A stretch of 64,000 bases of DNA from Curvularia clavata (lineage: Eukaryota): NCBI GenBank assembly GCA_023920165.1, contig CP089280.1:2046001-2110000 (forward strand), written 5' to 3'. Below are positions 36,536-50,297 of the stretch, one piece after another (within the stretch, counting starts at the first letter, position 1; each line of letters starts with the position of its first letter). The notes beneath the pieces are model-generated. The model was not told the origin of the DNA and searched no databases. It was given only the letters and a program-made list of their open reading frames with translations. The position numbers and the translations under genes are program-made.

Positions 36536-37531
36536 TCACCTCTTCCTCTTCTTTCTCCCCGCCTTCCCCTTCCTACCCTTCGTCTTCGTCTTCTTCATCT
36601 CTGTACTGCACTCATCGCAGTACCATTTTCCCTTGGGCACCGTCCTCCTCGTCATGCCCACACACTCAAAGTGAAACCACTCGCGGTCGCACTTCTTCCC
36701 GTCGCAAGCCACCATCTCATTACTCGATGGCTGGCCGCAAAAGCAGTACTCAGGCTCCTCAGGGCTTGACTCCTGGGAGCTCTCATGGCTCTCGTTGAGA
36801 GCCGTTTGCTCTTCGGATACGGGCTCTGGAGCAAAACGGACACGCTTGCGAGCCGGCGCTGCGTGTTCTTCATCTTCTCGTTCTGCATGATGTTGCCGTT
36901 TCTGTCGCTTCTGCCCAATCCGTCTTGCAGGAGGTTCCGAATCTTCATCCTCCTCTGGCTGTTGCTGCTTTTGCTGCTTCTGCTGGGGCAGCTTCTGAGA
37001 CTGAGCTTGCGGTTGCTGGCGTTGCTGCTTCTCCGCCTCATCCTCATCCTCATCCTCATCCTCCCTATCCTCCGTCACACACAACTGACAAAGCCACTTC
37101 CCCTCGTCCTCCAGCGAGCCAACACATGCCCTATGGTACCAGCGAACGCCACAAGCTGCTTTGCGGCTGCACTGCACAATAGGCGTGGAGAGTTCCAACT
37201 GATCACCGCAGATACACACGCGAGTGGGGACCACATCATCTGACATGCAATGCGCACAGAACCATAGTGTTTTGTCGTGAAGATCGCGGGGGACTTCCCC
37301 TACGCAGGCCGCATGGTAGTACTTGACTGGACATTTACTTGCCCGGGTCCTACAGATGATGAAAGGTTTAGAGTAGGTTTTATCATGAGGCGTGTCGCAG
37401 ATGCAGATGGGTTTGGGTTTGTAGGTTCTGCTGGCGTGGTAATAGCGTGGTAGCTCTGGTAATGGTGGTGAGGCTGCGACGGACTCTCGTGCTGGTGAAG
37501 ACGGTGGTGGTGATGCTACTTGGGTGGACAT
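36536..37531 (-). CDS. Triple PHD-finger protein with ING-type C-terminal PHD
   Basis: 331 aa; three C4HC3-like arrays, the third being [43 protein letters not shown] followed by a polybasic tail. Confidence 0.88.
   Translation of the reverse strand: MSTQVASPPPSSPARESVAASPPLPELPRYYHASRTYKPKPICICDTPHDKTYSKPFIICRTRASKCPVKYYHAACVGEVPRDLHDKTLWFCAHCMSDDVVPTRVCICGDQLELSTPIVQCSRKAACGVRWYHRACVGSLEDEGKWLCQLCVTEDREDEDEDEDEAEKQQRQQPQAQSQKLPQQKQQKQQQPEEDEDSEPPARRIGQKRQKRQHHAEREDEEHAAPARKRVRFAPEPVSEEQTALNESHESSQESSPEEPEYCFCGQPSSNEMVACDGKKCDREWFHFECVGMTRRTVPKGKWYCDECSTEMKKTKTKGRKGKAGRKKRKR
36940..37072 (-). repeat. Coding microsatellites: (GAGGAT)n encoding (ED)n and CAG-rich poly-Gln
   Basis: cctcatcctcatcctcatcctcatcctc and tgctgc runs on the + strand inside the PHD gene. 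Confidence 0.8.
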
Positions 37532-37989
37532 GATTGGGAATGTATGATTGTGTTGCTTCTTGAGCGATTGAAAATTTACGAGTGTGTTGCTTCCTAAGCA
37601 GTTGAATGTTAAGTGGTTGAAATTGTTTGGGCTACTTGGAAGAGTTGTGGCAGGGCAAAGGGGGTATATATGTGTGCCTCACGGGCGAGTGTGAATGGGG
37701 ACGCTTGGCAAGACAGATTCTGTTCTATTGTATTGGGCGACAATGACGATAGGCCAATTGACTTAACAATAGATGAGTAGTGGAAAGGGAGTGAGGGCAA
37801 ACCAATTGACGCTAAACGGGATTTATTGTTAGAGCGTTTGTTGTATCCAGGCGCGCAGGGTCCAATTGTAGCCGACAATACAGTCTCACATTGTACTTGA
37901 CGTAAAGATGGTGTAGAATAAGACGCAGGACGTTACGATTCACTACATGGCCTCATGCGCTAGTACAATAGTCTTGGCATCATCGTGTC

Positions 37990-40900
37990 TCACTCTCCGT
38001 GACCGACAATTTGTCTCCTCCCGTGCACTCCCTCCCAATCTTCCCACAGACCCTTCCAGACATCCCGTTCACTTCTGCCTAGACCAGCAAACATTGCGTC
38101 CAGACTCTCCCTACGTAGACTTGCTGTGCCCACAACCTCCCAGATACCTGGCATCAATTTCTCCCTCACCTCCTGATCTAACCTGCCATTGAGCTGGAAG
38201 CGACAGAAAGACGCAAGTAATGGATACAGAAAACTACTCGCTTTTTCACGTGCTGCCTTAATTGGGTCATTGAGGTCTTTAGATTTGCGAGACTGATGGT
38301 GTTGGTGGGCCTTTGTTATAGAAGACTGCGGCGGGTTGCAAAGCGTGGACAAGAGCCGCGTAAACTGGGTGGCATTAGCAGCAGTGAGCCGCACAGGCTC
38401 CATGACTGCGGTGGTTCGTAACCATGAGGGTAAGGCACCGCTGCGACTGGCGTTCGGAATGAACAAACAAAACAAAAGGCCTTGCAACAGCGGTAGGAAG
38501 AGGTGGAAGCGCCCACCGAGGCGACCCCTGTGCACGAGAAGAATCAGGCGACTTGTATGGCAAAGCCTAGAAAAGATCTCAGGTGCATATTGAGGTGGTA
38601 GTGCAGGGCTGCTTCGCGAAGTCAGTTTAACCAGTACGCTGAAAGCGCATTCGATGCTGTATTGCGATGCGAGCGAGGATTTGTCGTTCAGAACTGTGTC
38701 TACACAGTCGAGGAGGGCGTTAAATGACTCATAGTCAGGGCATTCGGCAAGCAAGGCACATAGCTTGGGCAACAACGCCAACTGCCTTTGCTTCAGCTCC
38801 ATGTTGGACTCGAGCTTGTCCTCCATTGTTGAGATCAGGTCGTTCAGAATGTGATATGATGCGGCCAAGTTCGAATGTTTCTGATCAACGGTCAACGTTG
38901 GGATTAAATCCAACTTCTCGTAAACCGCGAGGTGGCCAATGACTCCTCTCAGTGTAGCGTAGACAGCATTTTGTACAGAAACTGGGCTTCCTCTCACAAG
39001 CGTAAGTATCAGGCGCACTAGCCATGTCACGTCAGGATATAGCTGGAACTTCGCGACCAAGGCTTGAACACGTGCGACGTATTCAAGCACCTCGGACGGA
39101 ATCCGGACTTCAGGGTCGAGGTACTCATCGAACTCCACGGCATCCTTGATCCATGTACGAAGCCAATTTTGAACGCGGTCGAACAGTTTGGCTTCTTTCA
39201 GAGCAGGTATGGACAACTCGTTGAAAGCATCCAATGACCCTTGTAATACAGCGATGTCCGGACTACTGAGTAACTTTTTCAACAAGTCGACGTAGCGCTC
39301 CAGGTGTAGTAGCGTATTCTCCTTTTGGGCGCGTGATGTTGCTCGAAGAATTGAAAGCCTTGCTAGCGAGCATTGATCTGTAGCCTTGGTAATGGAAAGC
39401 AGCTTCCCTGTAAACTCAATGACGAATTCCTTGTTCTGTGCTTGGCTTTGATTCGGTAATATGTGCGTCATTGTCCTTTGAACGAGTTCTCTGAGCAGTT
39501 GCAAAGTTGTCTCCGTCTCTAAGTGTTGACGATGCAGCTGGTCGGCGATGTCGAAAACGATGGTGGCTTCAGTTGAGACCTTTGCCGATGCATTTGGAAC
39601 CTGCTGGAGATGGGCGACCACGCTCAACAGCTCTACAGGATTCGCCTTTCCAGAGGCCAGAAGCTCCGTTGTGCGATCTAATATTGATCGTCTTTGTTCG
39701 CGACCAAATGCTGACGGGTGGATATGAAGAATGGCCTGGGCGACTGCAACATAGATACTGCCGCCAACATCCTGCTTGAGCGCTGTCAAGAGAGCAGCGG
39801 AATAAGCGTTCTGAGTTGATGAACTCCCACTTTCAGCAATAGACTCAGAAAGTGACCTACAAATGAGATCACTAGAAACCTTTTCAAGTTGGGGGAGTTT
39901 GGACAAGATGCCACATATCGCGTCATGGCAAGCCTCTGCCTCAAGCGGCTCAAGCAAATTGACGAAATAGGCAGAGAATACTTCTATCATATGTCCATGT
40001 TCATCTTCTCCCAATTGGCTAGGATTGAGGTTTGCCATAATCTTCTGTAGCCCGTTGCGGATTGCATCTTCTGAGCCAGGGACTGTTTGTAAGCAATCGC
40101 ATGTGTTGAACCAGAAAAGCATGGCAGCTGCTCTCGCAGATGGATACACATGTCGACCCTTGCTCTTTTTTCCAGAGGAAGCGTCGTTGACAGCTTGCTT
40201 AAGCAATGGATGTAGTAACTCTTGCTGTGTGGTAGGAGAAGCGTGTATGTAGATCGGCCATAGAACTGACAGTAATTGGCAAAGTGTGAACCAAGACAGG
40301 TCAAGCTTCATGTAGAAGCTGCAGTTATCATCTTGGACCCAAGTGGCATATGTGGTGAACAATGCTTGGAGGTCTGGCTTGAGTGCCTCGATTATGCTGT
40401 CTGATTGTATCGATTGAAGGAAAGCCGGAAGAAGGACCGCGCTGCTTGCCGCATTCTTGTAAGCTGCGAGCTTCTTGAGTTTGACGCCTTCTTTGGAAGC
40501 GTTTTCAATGGTCTCCTTCAATTTCGACACCCGTACTTCATGCTCTTGAACAAGAGTTGCAATCTGGCCTTGGGTGAGAGACTGTTCGAAGACTCTGGCC
40601 AAGGCAGTATGCAAGGCGCGATCTTCCCAAACAATGTCTTGTCCGTCTTCGAGAGCTTGGCGCTTTCCATGCCTGTAGCTTTTGATCAACTGATCATCCC
40701 ACTTGCGAATGAAGCCCAGCAAATTGCGATTTCGTACAAACGCTGACATGAGAGGGACGATGATTCTCTCCAACATCGCGGTTCTCGACAATTGGCTTAC
40801 TCCAGTAGTTTCTGGTCCATCTTGGGGCTGGGGCGCGCCATAGCTCATCCGCTTCTCGTTAATGAAGCCTTGGCCGCTCAATTCTACTGTAGATATCTCC

Positions 40901-42562
40901 TCAAAAATGAATTCTACAAGCTCAATACGGTCTTCTTGCACACCCTTGCTGCCCGCTTTGGATCCGGTGACGAAAACTGACGGGTCAAGCTCAATCAAAG
41001 ATGCGATTAGCGACCAATGTATTTGTTTTTCTTGACGTTCTGGGTATTTGACGCCGCAGTGATACCAGAAGATGGTTTTGACAAGATCTGCACTCAGGGT
41101 TACTTCGTGGACTTGCAGCACACGTAAAGCGGCACTGAGCGCAGCAACAGCAGTTTGGCGCGTAACGAACTCTGGGGGAGTCGTCAATGAACAGCCCGCG
41201 CATTCAGCAAGTGTAGAGAAGACAGCCTGCAACCAGGGCTTCTCCATAGCTCTACTCTTTGGCGTCCGAGATGGGGATACGCGGATGGTCAAATCCAACA
41301 AGTGAGGCACCGCATCAAACAAGGATGCGAGTTCGATTGGTGGCGCATCGCCACCATCTTCGATCTGTGCGGCTTGAAGAAGCTTCGCGCGTAAAGGTTC
41401 CAAGTTGCTGGCCAGGACTTTTGCATCTCGCGACTTCTGGGTATTGCTCGAGGTGGGCCCACCAACAGCCTCGCCAAAGAACGCCGCTCTCGAGGGCGCA
41501 AACAAATGTCTGGTGAGCAACTTGTCCAACGCTACGATTGCACGGTTGACTGCGTGAGGAGCAATGTTTGAGGCAGCTGCGCCACGTAGGTTCTTCAGGT
41601 ATGTGAGAAGTGCTAATGTAGGAACAAGACACTCTGCGCTGAATTCTTCGGCAGAGGCACCAGCCTCATCTTTAGCATCCACTGTTCGTAGATCCCACAT
41701 TCCACATGGTAGGGATAGGTCGGTAAGTTCGGCCCAGTCAGAAACCAGACTTGCGTTTTTTGGGGCAATGCTCAGACTTCGGTAAACGGCCGTGAGCCAG
41801 AACCTCAGATTTCGCGAAGCTTGCGCGCTGTCAGTCCTCAAGACCATCTTCATAAGCTCAGCCTGCGTAATGTCATCGCCCTTGTTCCCTGTAGCTAGAG
41901 CTGTAATAGAAGCCAAGACAGATCGAATGACGCGGAAAAGATGGCTGAGGTTGGCCGGGTCGAGCACCGCTGGTCTCGAAGGTGGGTTCTTTGTGGTTCC
42001 GCGTTTCCGTTTTTTCGACGGTTTGCTTTCTTCCCGGAGAGTCGCGCTCGAATCGGTATCATCTTTCATGTGGACATCATCAGAAGCGGCCGAGGACTGT
42101 TGTACAGCGGGGTCTTTGTCGAAGTTCTCGACAAGCGTCTTCTCAAGAATGGTCGGGAAGCTGGCGTCGCGTAGATGAGGAGCGCTTCTCGAAACAGGCA
42201 AAACGTGAATCATCCACTCCAACAGCTGCCATGCGTTCGCGTTTCCTCGCGCTGTGCGCCCTATGTCCGAATCATCCTTCAGTTTGTCGAGGATCCAGCG
42301 CAAAACCCATTCGGCTCTTGCGCGCACAAGTCGCCGTATGATATCATCCCTTGCTTCCTGCTCTTTCACAGCACTCCAGTCATTTGGAAGACCTATTATG
42401 TGCGCAACCTGGCGGATCTGTTCGTCTAGGTCGGAGAAGTCCTGGTTGATGGCTTGCAATCGAGGACGGGTTGACGCAACGTCGTTCTTCGAGGCCTAAT
42501 CGCATGTTAGAAACATTCCTTGATACTGACTTTGTTCTACTTACTGGCTGAATTGGCGCCAT
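37990..42562 (-). CDS. URB2: Urb2/Npa2 nucleolar pre-ribosomal protein
   Basis: Exon 1 42562-42545 (MAPIQP), intron 42544-42496, then a ~1500-codon helical exon; N-terminal EWVLRWILDKL and C-terminal Urb2 domain HRGRLGGRFHL..LMPGIWEV..ERDVWKGLWEDW. Confidence 0.85.
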
Positions 42563-42813
42563 TTTGTCACCTCTGTCCCCGTCTTAAGTTGTGAAAGCTG
42601 GAAGCATCGCAGAACCAGCAATGGTAATGTCGAAAAAAGTTAGGCACGGACCATGACCACCCTTGTCGTTCCTGCCAAGGGCCGGCGACGTCAAAGTTCG
42701 GCTTCCCAGCTGTCGGGCGAGACCATCAACACCACGTCGAGCCGCTCTCAATCACCCTCAGCACACCGAGTGCGCCGTTGCATCCATCAATTGCACTCGA
42801 AACCTCCGCTGCC

Positions 42814-43379
42814 ATGGCCGAAAACAACCCCCAACCCGTTGCGAACATCTCGCGGACCACACGTCCTATGAGCGAAGCTCTCCTCAACGAAAAGGTAGAG
42901 TCACTCCCGACTTAGGCCTGTAATGAGCCATTGGCCATATTTGGATTCGCTATCGGCAGTCTGAGTACTGGGGTGGAAAAGGCTGTTGCGTGTCATGGCG
43001 GGGCACAATGCTCTCACGCGACTCCCATGCCCACTCAGTCCCGATACAACAAGCGGATAAGCGACAGAGAATCGATCTCGGACAAGATTGCTAACACATG
43101 GTGACAGTGGGACCGCTGTCTCTCCTCAATGCTCATCCGCTCCGGTCTCGGTGTCTCGTTCGGTGTCGTTTTCTCCGTCCTCCTCTTCAAGCGACGCGCA
43201 TGGCCCGCATTCGTCGGTCTCGGTTTCGGTGCTGGAAGGGCATGGGAAGAGTGCGACAACGTCAGTTTCCCTCAATGCAATATGTGCTATGAGTCAGACA
43301 GCGTCCTAACTACGGCAAACAGTCCTTCAAGCGAGCGGCAGCACCTTCAAAAGACGGCCTCCGTGTTATCCGACCATAG
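42814..43379 (+). CDS. MIC10: MICOS complex subunit Mic10
   Basis: Exons 42814-42894 (..PMSEALLNEK), 43108-43260 (WDRCLSSMLIRSGLGVSFGVVFSVLLFKRRAWPAFVGLGFGAGRAWEECDN), 43323-43379; GxGxxxG TM motifs and the KRR loop. Confidence 0.95.
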
Positions 43380-43600
43380 ACGGTACTTCACATGCGAGCG
43401 GGGATATGGAACGATACCATTCTGTGGATTTGACGCTTTGCATGCCAAGTATGCATTGTACAATAGGGCATGGTATAGAACCTCTGGGCAATTTAAAGCT
43501 GTTCATCTTGACCTCCACTGTTTCATATCTCTATTTCTATCTTTCATCCCGTTCTATATTACATCCTGGACCCAGCAGCCCTTTTCTATCTTCTTCCTGT

Positions 43601-44516
43601 TCACGCCGTATAATCCTCAAATCTATACCCCTTCACTCCCTCAAGCACGGTAAACCAATGCGTAGTAAAGTCAATACGCTCATACAGCTCCCTCCCCGCC
43701 GCCCTCGCCTTCTTATGCCACGGCCCCAGACCCCCTCTATACGCATCTTCCCTACTATGCCAGAAGCCTGATCACAAAAGTCAGCTCAGCTGCGCTCTTT
43801 CACATGCACTGATATTCGCAACGGGGACAACACATACAGGTAGCCAAATTCCTCCTCTCCGCATCACTCTTTCCAAACCAATACTTCAGCAAGCCCCCCG
43901 ACGCACACGCCTCGGCATGACTCTCCTCGTCCAGCTTGTACAGGTAGTCGTTGTCGATGTTTTGCTTGAGTTTGCTGCGGAAAACGACGACATAGAAGCG
44001 CGTTTCGGGCCAGTCTACGCCTTCGCTTTGGACGAGAGCGCGCAGCACACCGAGAACGGCATCCAAATTGAGTGCGGATGTGTATGCTGTTGTTGCGTAT
44101 GTGGGGACTAGGGGCTGCAGTGCTGTGAGGGCTAGGGCTAGAAGAACAGAGGGTAAGGGGAGGGGTGGGTGTGTGAGACTGAGGTAGTGCGAGGGCTTGT
44201 TGTAAGGAGATGTGATGAGTTGATCTGAGGAGCTGGGTTCTTCATCTACGACTTTGGTGCGGGATTTTTCTGTTGTTGATGATGGATGAAGAGAATGGCC
44301 ATGGTGGTAGACGAGCTGCGTGTGTGCTGCGGCTTCGAAACGCAGCGCGTCGAAATCAGTCGCTATGTAGTCTGGAGGCAGTAGAGAGACGCGACGGACT
44401 GGAATTGAGTTGTTGGTCACGGGCGGTGTTAAAGGTAGTGTTGTGACTTCGACGCCGGGCTCTTTGATGTCCAGTGCTGCAGGCGGAAGTGCAATCGTGT
44501 ATCCAGAAGTCTCCAT
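43601..44516 (-). CDS. Conserved fungal protein, UPF0643-like (dimeric alpha/beta-barrel-like)
   Basis: FYVVVFRS..LDEESHAEACASGGLLKYWFG..RNLATC, intron 43837-43768, then FWHSREDAYRGGLGPWHKKARAA..*. Confidence 0.82.
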
Positions 44517-45225
44517 TGTTTTCTTCGAATGCGGTCTGCTAGATGCGGTCAGTCAAGTGTCACTCTTCTTATGATTACACTGTGTGGTAGCGATCCGCTG
44601 CATTCAAAACCAGACTGAAACCTACTGCTTCGCTTTTTTTTTGGACCACGTTTGTATTGCTACTGAGCTGAATACTATTTTACAACGATTTCGATTAATA
44701 GTTGAGAAAGAGACAGTGCCCGTAGACCGGAGTGCGTCACTCAAGTGTTGTTTGACGACCCGTGGTTCGGTAATATTCCGCTACGAGCACGTTGAATCAC
44801 GCAATCTTGGAAGACGCCATTTTAGCTTCCATTGTGACTTGAGCCCGTATATAACAAAAATAAGCCCCGAGACTGGGAGATCTTCATAACCAGGGGATTG
44901 GTCGATTACAATAGGGCAAACGCTCTGAGCCTCGTCTTTTGGGTCGGTTCAGTTACTAAATGTGAGCTAGCACGCGTATTCTGTTACCAACTAAAGTTAC
45001 GCGGCGAGGGTCCCTGCAGCAACTCAAACATACAGGAAAACTAGTCAGAGAAAAGTCGGTGACTATCAAATCTGGAATGGTACCTACATGCAGTGCGGTG
45101 GGTAGAGGAAAGCCGAAGAGACTGGCTACAAGGGGTACTGTCCGAAAACAACTGCATCCAATGGTACAATCACGCGACAGCGCTAGTCCTCTTGAAAGGA
45201 ACAAGGCTCAGCGCAAATACTTACA

Positions 45226-47123
45226 TCAATCCATGTTGATAGTCGTTAGTGCGAGTTGGTGCATACGCTGATAACCAAACGGGTGCTCCTCCGAGATGGG
45301 TACCTCACAGCCATACTCTTCTATGCACGTGTCAAAAGGCTTGTTCTGTAGGCGGTTGTCCCCACGCGGCAACGGGAGATCTTTGCCCTGAGCTCTCAAT
45401 TCGGTCTTCAACTCCATCAAGTTACCCCAGAGGATAAACAGCTTGTTTTCCAATTGTTTGAGCGCATTGGGGTGCATATTGAGGCTGTGAGCTTGTCAAT
45501 CATAGTGTGTTCAATAGCAATGCAACCCTCACTTACTCCCGAGCATTCATTTTCAGAAGGTGCTGTGCCGCGTTGTTGTTCACCACAACACGCAACTTCT
45601 CAGAGGGGGCATCCCTAGGTACTTCTGCGTCTTCCAGTAGAAGAACAAAGCCCCATTCCCATCGTTCTTTCGTGCTTATAGCGCCCGTCTTCGACTTCTG
45701 AGAGCTCTTAGCCCAGTTTGGATCACTCAGAGAATGAGCAAAAAGATCGAGTTTGGGAGGGAAGACATCCACCACACGGACATGACATCGATACCGGCAA
45801 TTGACGAACGGTAGGGTATAACGGTTCATCTTTTCAAGTGTTTGCATATGAAGATGCGGGTTGTGTATAATTTCCGAGATAGTAGAAGGCTTTATGTCAA
45901 CATGAGCGCATCGAACTGTGTGTGGTCAGTAGTGAACGACAATAAATAGTGAATTTCTTACCATTGGTGTTGAGACCGTTGCGATCCGCCTCCCACTTAC
46001 GACCTTTCTTTTCAAGCTCTTCTTGCTCCGCTTGCTTCTCTGCCCGCTGACGTTCTTTTTTCGCCTGTCTTTTCTTCTTCAATCCTGCAGCAGAAGAATC
46101 TTGGGGCTCGCTTTGGAGTTTGTCGAAGGCTGTCATCCGCCCACGTCGTTTTTCATATTCCTCCCGTCGCCGGTTGATTTCTGCAATATCGGACGCGTTT
46201 TTTAACACAGAAATATCAACTTTTGATGGATTGAGTTTGTCCTGGTGCAGTGCGCCCTCAAGTTTACTGCTTGTCGACAGCTTCACTCTCATGTTTCGAA
46301 TGAAAACATAGTCGCCTTCCGACAAGTTTTCTGCAGCCCAGTTCGCATTCGCTTCGTATAGAGTCACGCTGAGAGTCAAATATCCATATGGGCCTTTCCA
46401 GTGGCTATTTGTAACCAGGGCGGCCTCTGTTTCTGGGTCTGCATAGTAGAACATAGCCTCGTTCGCGGTGTAATCGGTGATCTTCATGTCCAGATGACCT
46501 GCCATTCCATGGCGGTACATATTTACGACTTGCGCCCGGACATCGGCGAATGTGTTGAGCTGCAGGTCCTTGATCAAACTGTCCCGTTTCGTCTTGGGGG
46601 CAGTGATCTCTATATGCTGTTTTATTTGCTGGGTAAATTCCCGTGAAGCATCCTTCATGTATATGGCAGCCATCTGCTCTGCGGTAGTGGGCTGTGGAGC
46701 CCCGGAGGTCGAGCTACAAAACATGGCTTTGCCCGCCTGGTAATGATGGCTAAGGTCTGGAGTTGGAATTACTCTGCTTGGGATTACGGTAATGGAGGTC
46801 ACGTCTCTCTCGCTAATGCAATCCACGCCATTCTTCCATGGAGTGAGCTTGCCTTTGCGAACAATGAGGATGTCCCCAGGGCTGGCAGAAATTCTGGACA
46901 ACTGATCCTGCCGCTTGAAAACCCGACCGCTGATACTGGACTGGGCACCAATAGAGCCAGACGCAAAGTCATCTTGGATTGTGAAAGAAATGCAATGGTC
47001 GGATCCTTTAGTAGGGTTGGGGCCATTGTACTTGGTAATGACACCCATCAGATTGACACCTGATCTGGCCGAACTGGCCGATGTTGCGTCCCTGATGGCG
47101 GTAAAGCCCTTTGGCAATTGCAT
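45226..47123 (-). CDS. POT1: Protection of telomeres protein 1 (ssDNA-binding OB folds)
   Basis: OB1 VNLMGVI..TKGSD..FTIQD, OB2 ITDYTAN..WKGPYG..TLYE, introns 45961-45916 and 45536-45485, C-terminal LFILWGNLME..NKPFDTCIEEYG. Confidence 0.92.
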
Positions 47124-47574
47124 GGTAGCTGTGTGGCCAAAAGCGGTTAGCGTGCTGTTGTTAGTGTGCTATTACTGTTAGGCAATCCAAGAGTATAGCC
47201 ATGGAAGAAGGGCACATGCGAGTGTGCAAGGGGGAACAGCTTGTTGATTTGCAGTAAGACTGAGAGGGGCGTCGTCAATTTCCTAGGCGCGCACCATGTA
47301 GAGGGGTCGTGGAACAAGTGATGGGCACCGCGGATTGCTTGCTGTGAGCGAGACAAAGGAACGCGTTGTGGCATTAGGCGTGGAGTGGTTTGGTTGCTTG
47401 GGCGGCGTAAGGCTCGCGCCAAGCCCCGGTGCTAGCGCCAGGACCGCTTCGCCGCTTCCGCTTTCAAAATCACCCCTCTAGTTAGAAAGTTTACTCCCTT
47501 TTGCAAACAAACACGACCCACCCACATCTTCTCCGACTCAACTCTCAGTCCGTCAAATCGAGTCGTCGCAGAAA

Positions 47575-49388
47575 ATGGCCGACAAATACATCCCCGAGCA
47601 CCGTCGCACGACGTTCAAGGCCAAGAGCGCGTTCAAGCCAGACGAACTCCGCCGCCGCCGTGAAGAGCAACAGGTCGAGATCCGCCGGGCGAAGCGTGAG
47701 GAGAACCTGGCCAAGCGCCGTGGTATTGCTGGACGAGACCAGCCCGGTGCCTCGCTGGGCGCTGCCCCCGACAGCGACGATGAGGGCGGCAATATCGAGA
47801 GCCAGGTCCGTATACCCCACCATGCCTTGCTTTGCCCCCTCGCCCTGCAGTGGCCTGTGCCGTACGAGAGGACCCAGGCTGACACAATGCCATAGCTCAA
47901 CGAAGAACTCCCCCAGATGGTCAAGGGCGTCTTCTCGGAACAGATCGACGAGCAGATCCAGGCCACGACGAAGTTCAGGAAGCTTCTGTCCAAGGAGCGC
48001 AACCCGCCTATCGAACGCGTTATCGAGACCGGCGTGGTGAGCCGCTTTGTCGAGTTCCTCCGCTCGCCGCACACACTGGTACAATTCGAGGCTGCTTGGG
48101 CCTTGACCAACATTGCCTCTGGTTCAGCGCAGCAGACACAGGTCGTCATCGAGGCTGGCGCAGTGCCCATCTTTGTCGAGTTGCTGAGCAGCCATGAGCC
48201 AGACGTCCGGGAGCAGGCTGTCTGGGCTCTGGGTAACATTGCTGGTGACAGCCCTGCCTGCCGTGACTTTGTGCTGCAGGCCGGCGCTCTCCGCCCGCTG
48301 CTTGCTCTACTGGGTGACAGCCGCAAGCTGAGCATGCTGCGCAATGCCACATGGACTCTCAGCAACTTCTGCCGTGGCAAAACCCCTCAGCCAGACTGGC
48401 AAACTGTGAGTTCTTTGCCCGACTTACTGCCCCGCATGACGGCAAGCCCCTAACAACCAAGCAGATCCAACCCGCGCTTCCCGTCCTCGCCAAGCTTGTC
48501 TACTCCCTCGACGACGAGGTCCTCATTGACGCCTGCTGGGCCATCTCCTATCTCTCTGATGGCTCCAACGACAAGATTCAGGCCGTTATTGAAGCTGGCA
48601 TCCCTCGCCGTCTCGTAGAGCTGCTGATGCATGCTTCTACGTCTGTCCAGACCCCCGCCCTCCGCTCCGTCGGCAACATTGTTACTGGTGACGATGTCCA
48701 GACCCAGGTCATCATCAACTGCGGCGCGCTCCCAGCTCTGCTATCCCTCCTCAGCTCCACCAAGGACGGTATCCGCAAAGAGGCCTGCTGGACCATCTCC
48801 AACATCACCGCCGGCAACTCTACTCAGATCCAGGCTGTCATTGACGCCAACATCATTCCTCCTCTGATCCACCTCCTCCAGAACGGCGACTTCAAGACGC
48901 GAAAGGAGGCTTGCTGGGCCATCTCCAACGCTACTAGCGGTGGCCTGCAGAAGCCTGCTCAGATTCGTTACCTCGTCCAGAGCGGCTGCATCAAGCCCCT
49001 CTGTGATCTGCTCGCGTGCCCCGACAACAAGATTATCCAAGTTGCTCTCGACGGTCTGGAGAACATCCTCAAGGTCGGAGAGATGGACAAGGAGGCCGGC
49101 GAGGGTGGTGCTGGCGGTGAACCCATCAACCGCTACGCTCTCTTCATCGAGGAGGTTGGTGGCATGGAGAAGATCCACGAGTGCCAGAACAACGCCAACG
49201 AGGAGATTTACATGAAGGCCTACAACATCATCGAGAAGTACTTCTCGGATGAGGAGGGCGAGGCAGAGAACATGGGCGAGGCAGGACCCCAGGTCAACCA
49301 GGAGGGTCACTTCGGCTTCGGTGCCGCTGGCCAGCAGCAACAACAGAACTTCAACTTTGCCAACGGAGGCGACTCCATGGACATGTAA
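47575..49388 (+). CDS. SRP1: Importin alpha (karyopherin alpha)
   Basis: IBB domain [26 protein letters not shown]; introns 47806-47895 and 48406-48464; ARM repeats [34 protein letters not shown]. Confidence 0.98.
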
Positions 49389-50297
49389 GCGGACACTGGG
49401 TTCGCGACGAGTCGCGATGCTGCTGAGTCGCTGCATGGGTAATCCACGCAGCGGCTCCCTCCACCACCCTAGCCAGCCACCCAGAGGACGTCTAGAGGTG
49501 CTTGCAGTGCCCTGGATGAATTTGAGAAAATCATACATGATATGATACATGATCCAGGTAAGAGCCATGATTGCGAGGACTTTGTTTTTCCCCTTGCAAA
49601 TGTCGCCATGTTTTACCAGCCTTCACTTCGCCATGATTTCTATGAAGCCTCAAAGATACACCGTCTTGTAACCCTCCCAATATTCGTTATCCGCATCATA
49701 TCCCCGGCGTTGTGTATTTGCCTAGCGGTTTGGGCCGGGCGATCTGCTCTGTGATGGGTGCTCTACACATCTGGGTGCGGGGGCGAAATGTACTCTCAGT
49801 TCAGTCGCGCTGGCCAGATAGCTGAATTTATGATCCTCAATCCATCCGTCTGTAATGCGTCTGGAAGTGCTCTATGATGATTGGCTCGTTCGCTGACTCG
49901 GGGAACCCATCGTGCGTCATTGGGGAAGCCTGGGGTGTGTGAGCAACCCCCACTCGCCCGCACGCATACATGCGACGCGCTTGAGCCGTAAGTCTTTCCT
50001 CTCTCAGTTTGCGTCGCTCTGTAGCCATATGTCACATGTTGTCGGATTGGTGTTTTGGCCCTCAGTGTCCTGTTCTCTTGCCACTTCTCTTTGCAATTAC
50101 GAGTGAGCTCCAATAATGTCTCGTCCAATGCCCTGTGCCGATGGCGCAATCATAGCGGACACACCGCCCTGAGTGTCACAGCCAGCACACCACTGTCCAT
50201 CATACAATCGCTATCTGGGTTTCGTTCCTAGCACTTCGTCTTTGCTCATCTAGTCCACAGTATAGTCGAGGTTGAGCAAACCACACAGCCGCCCACC

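Noticed and set aside
12046..47123. ELG1 plus POT1 as a telomere-maintenance gene cluster
   Set aside because: They are about 30 kb apart with many unrelated genes between them; co-location is unremarkable.
48741..49568. 275-aa antisense ORF opposite importin alpha
   Set aside because: Shadow frame produced by the strong codon bias of a highly expressed gene; no independent protein features.
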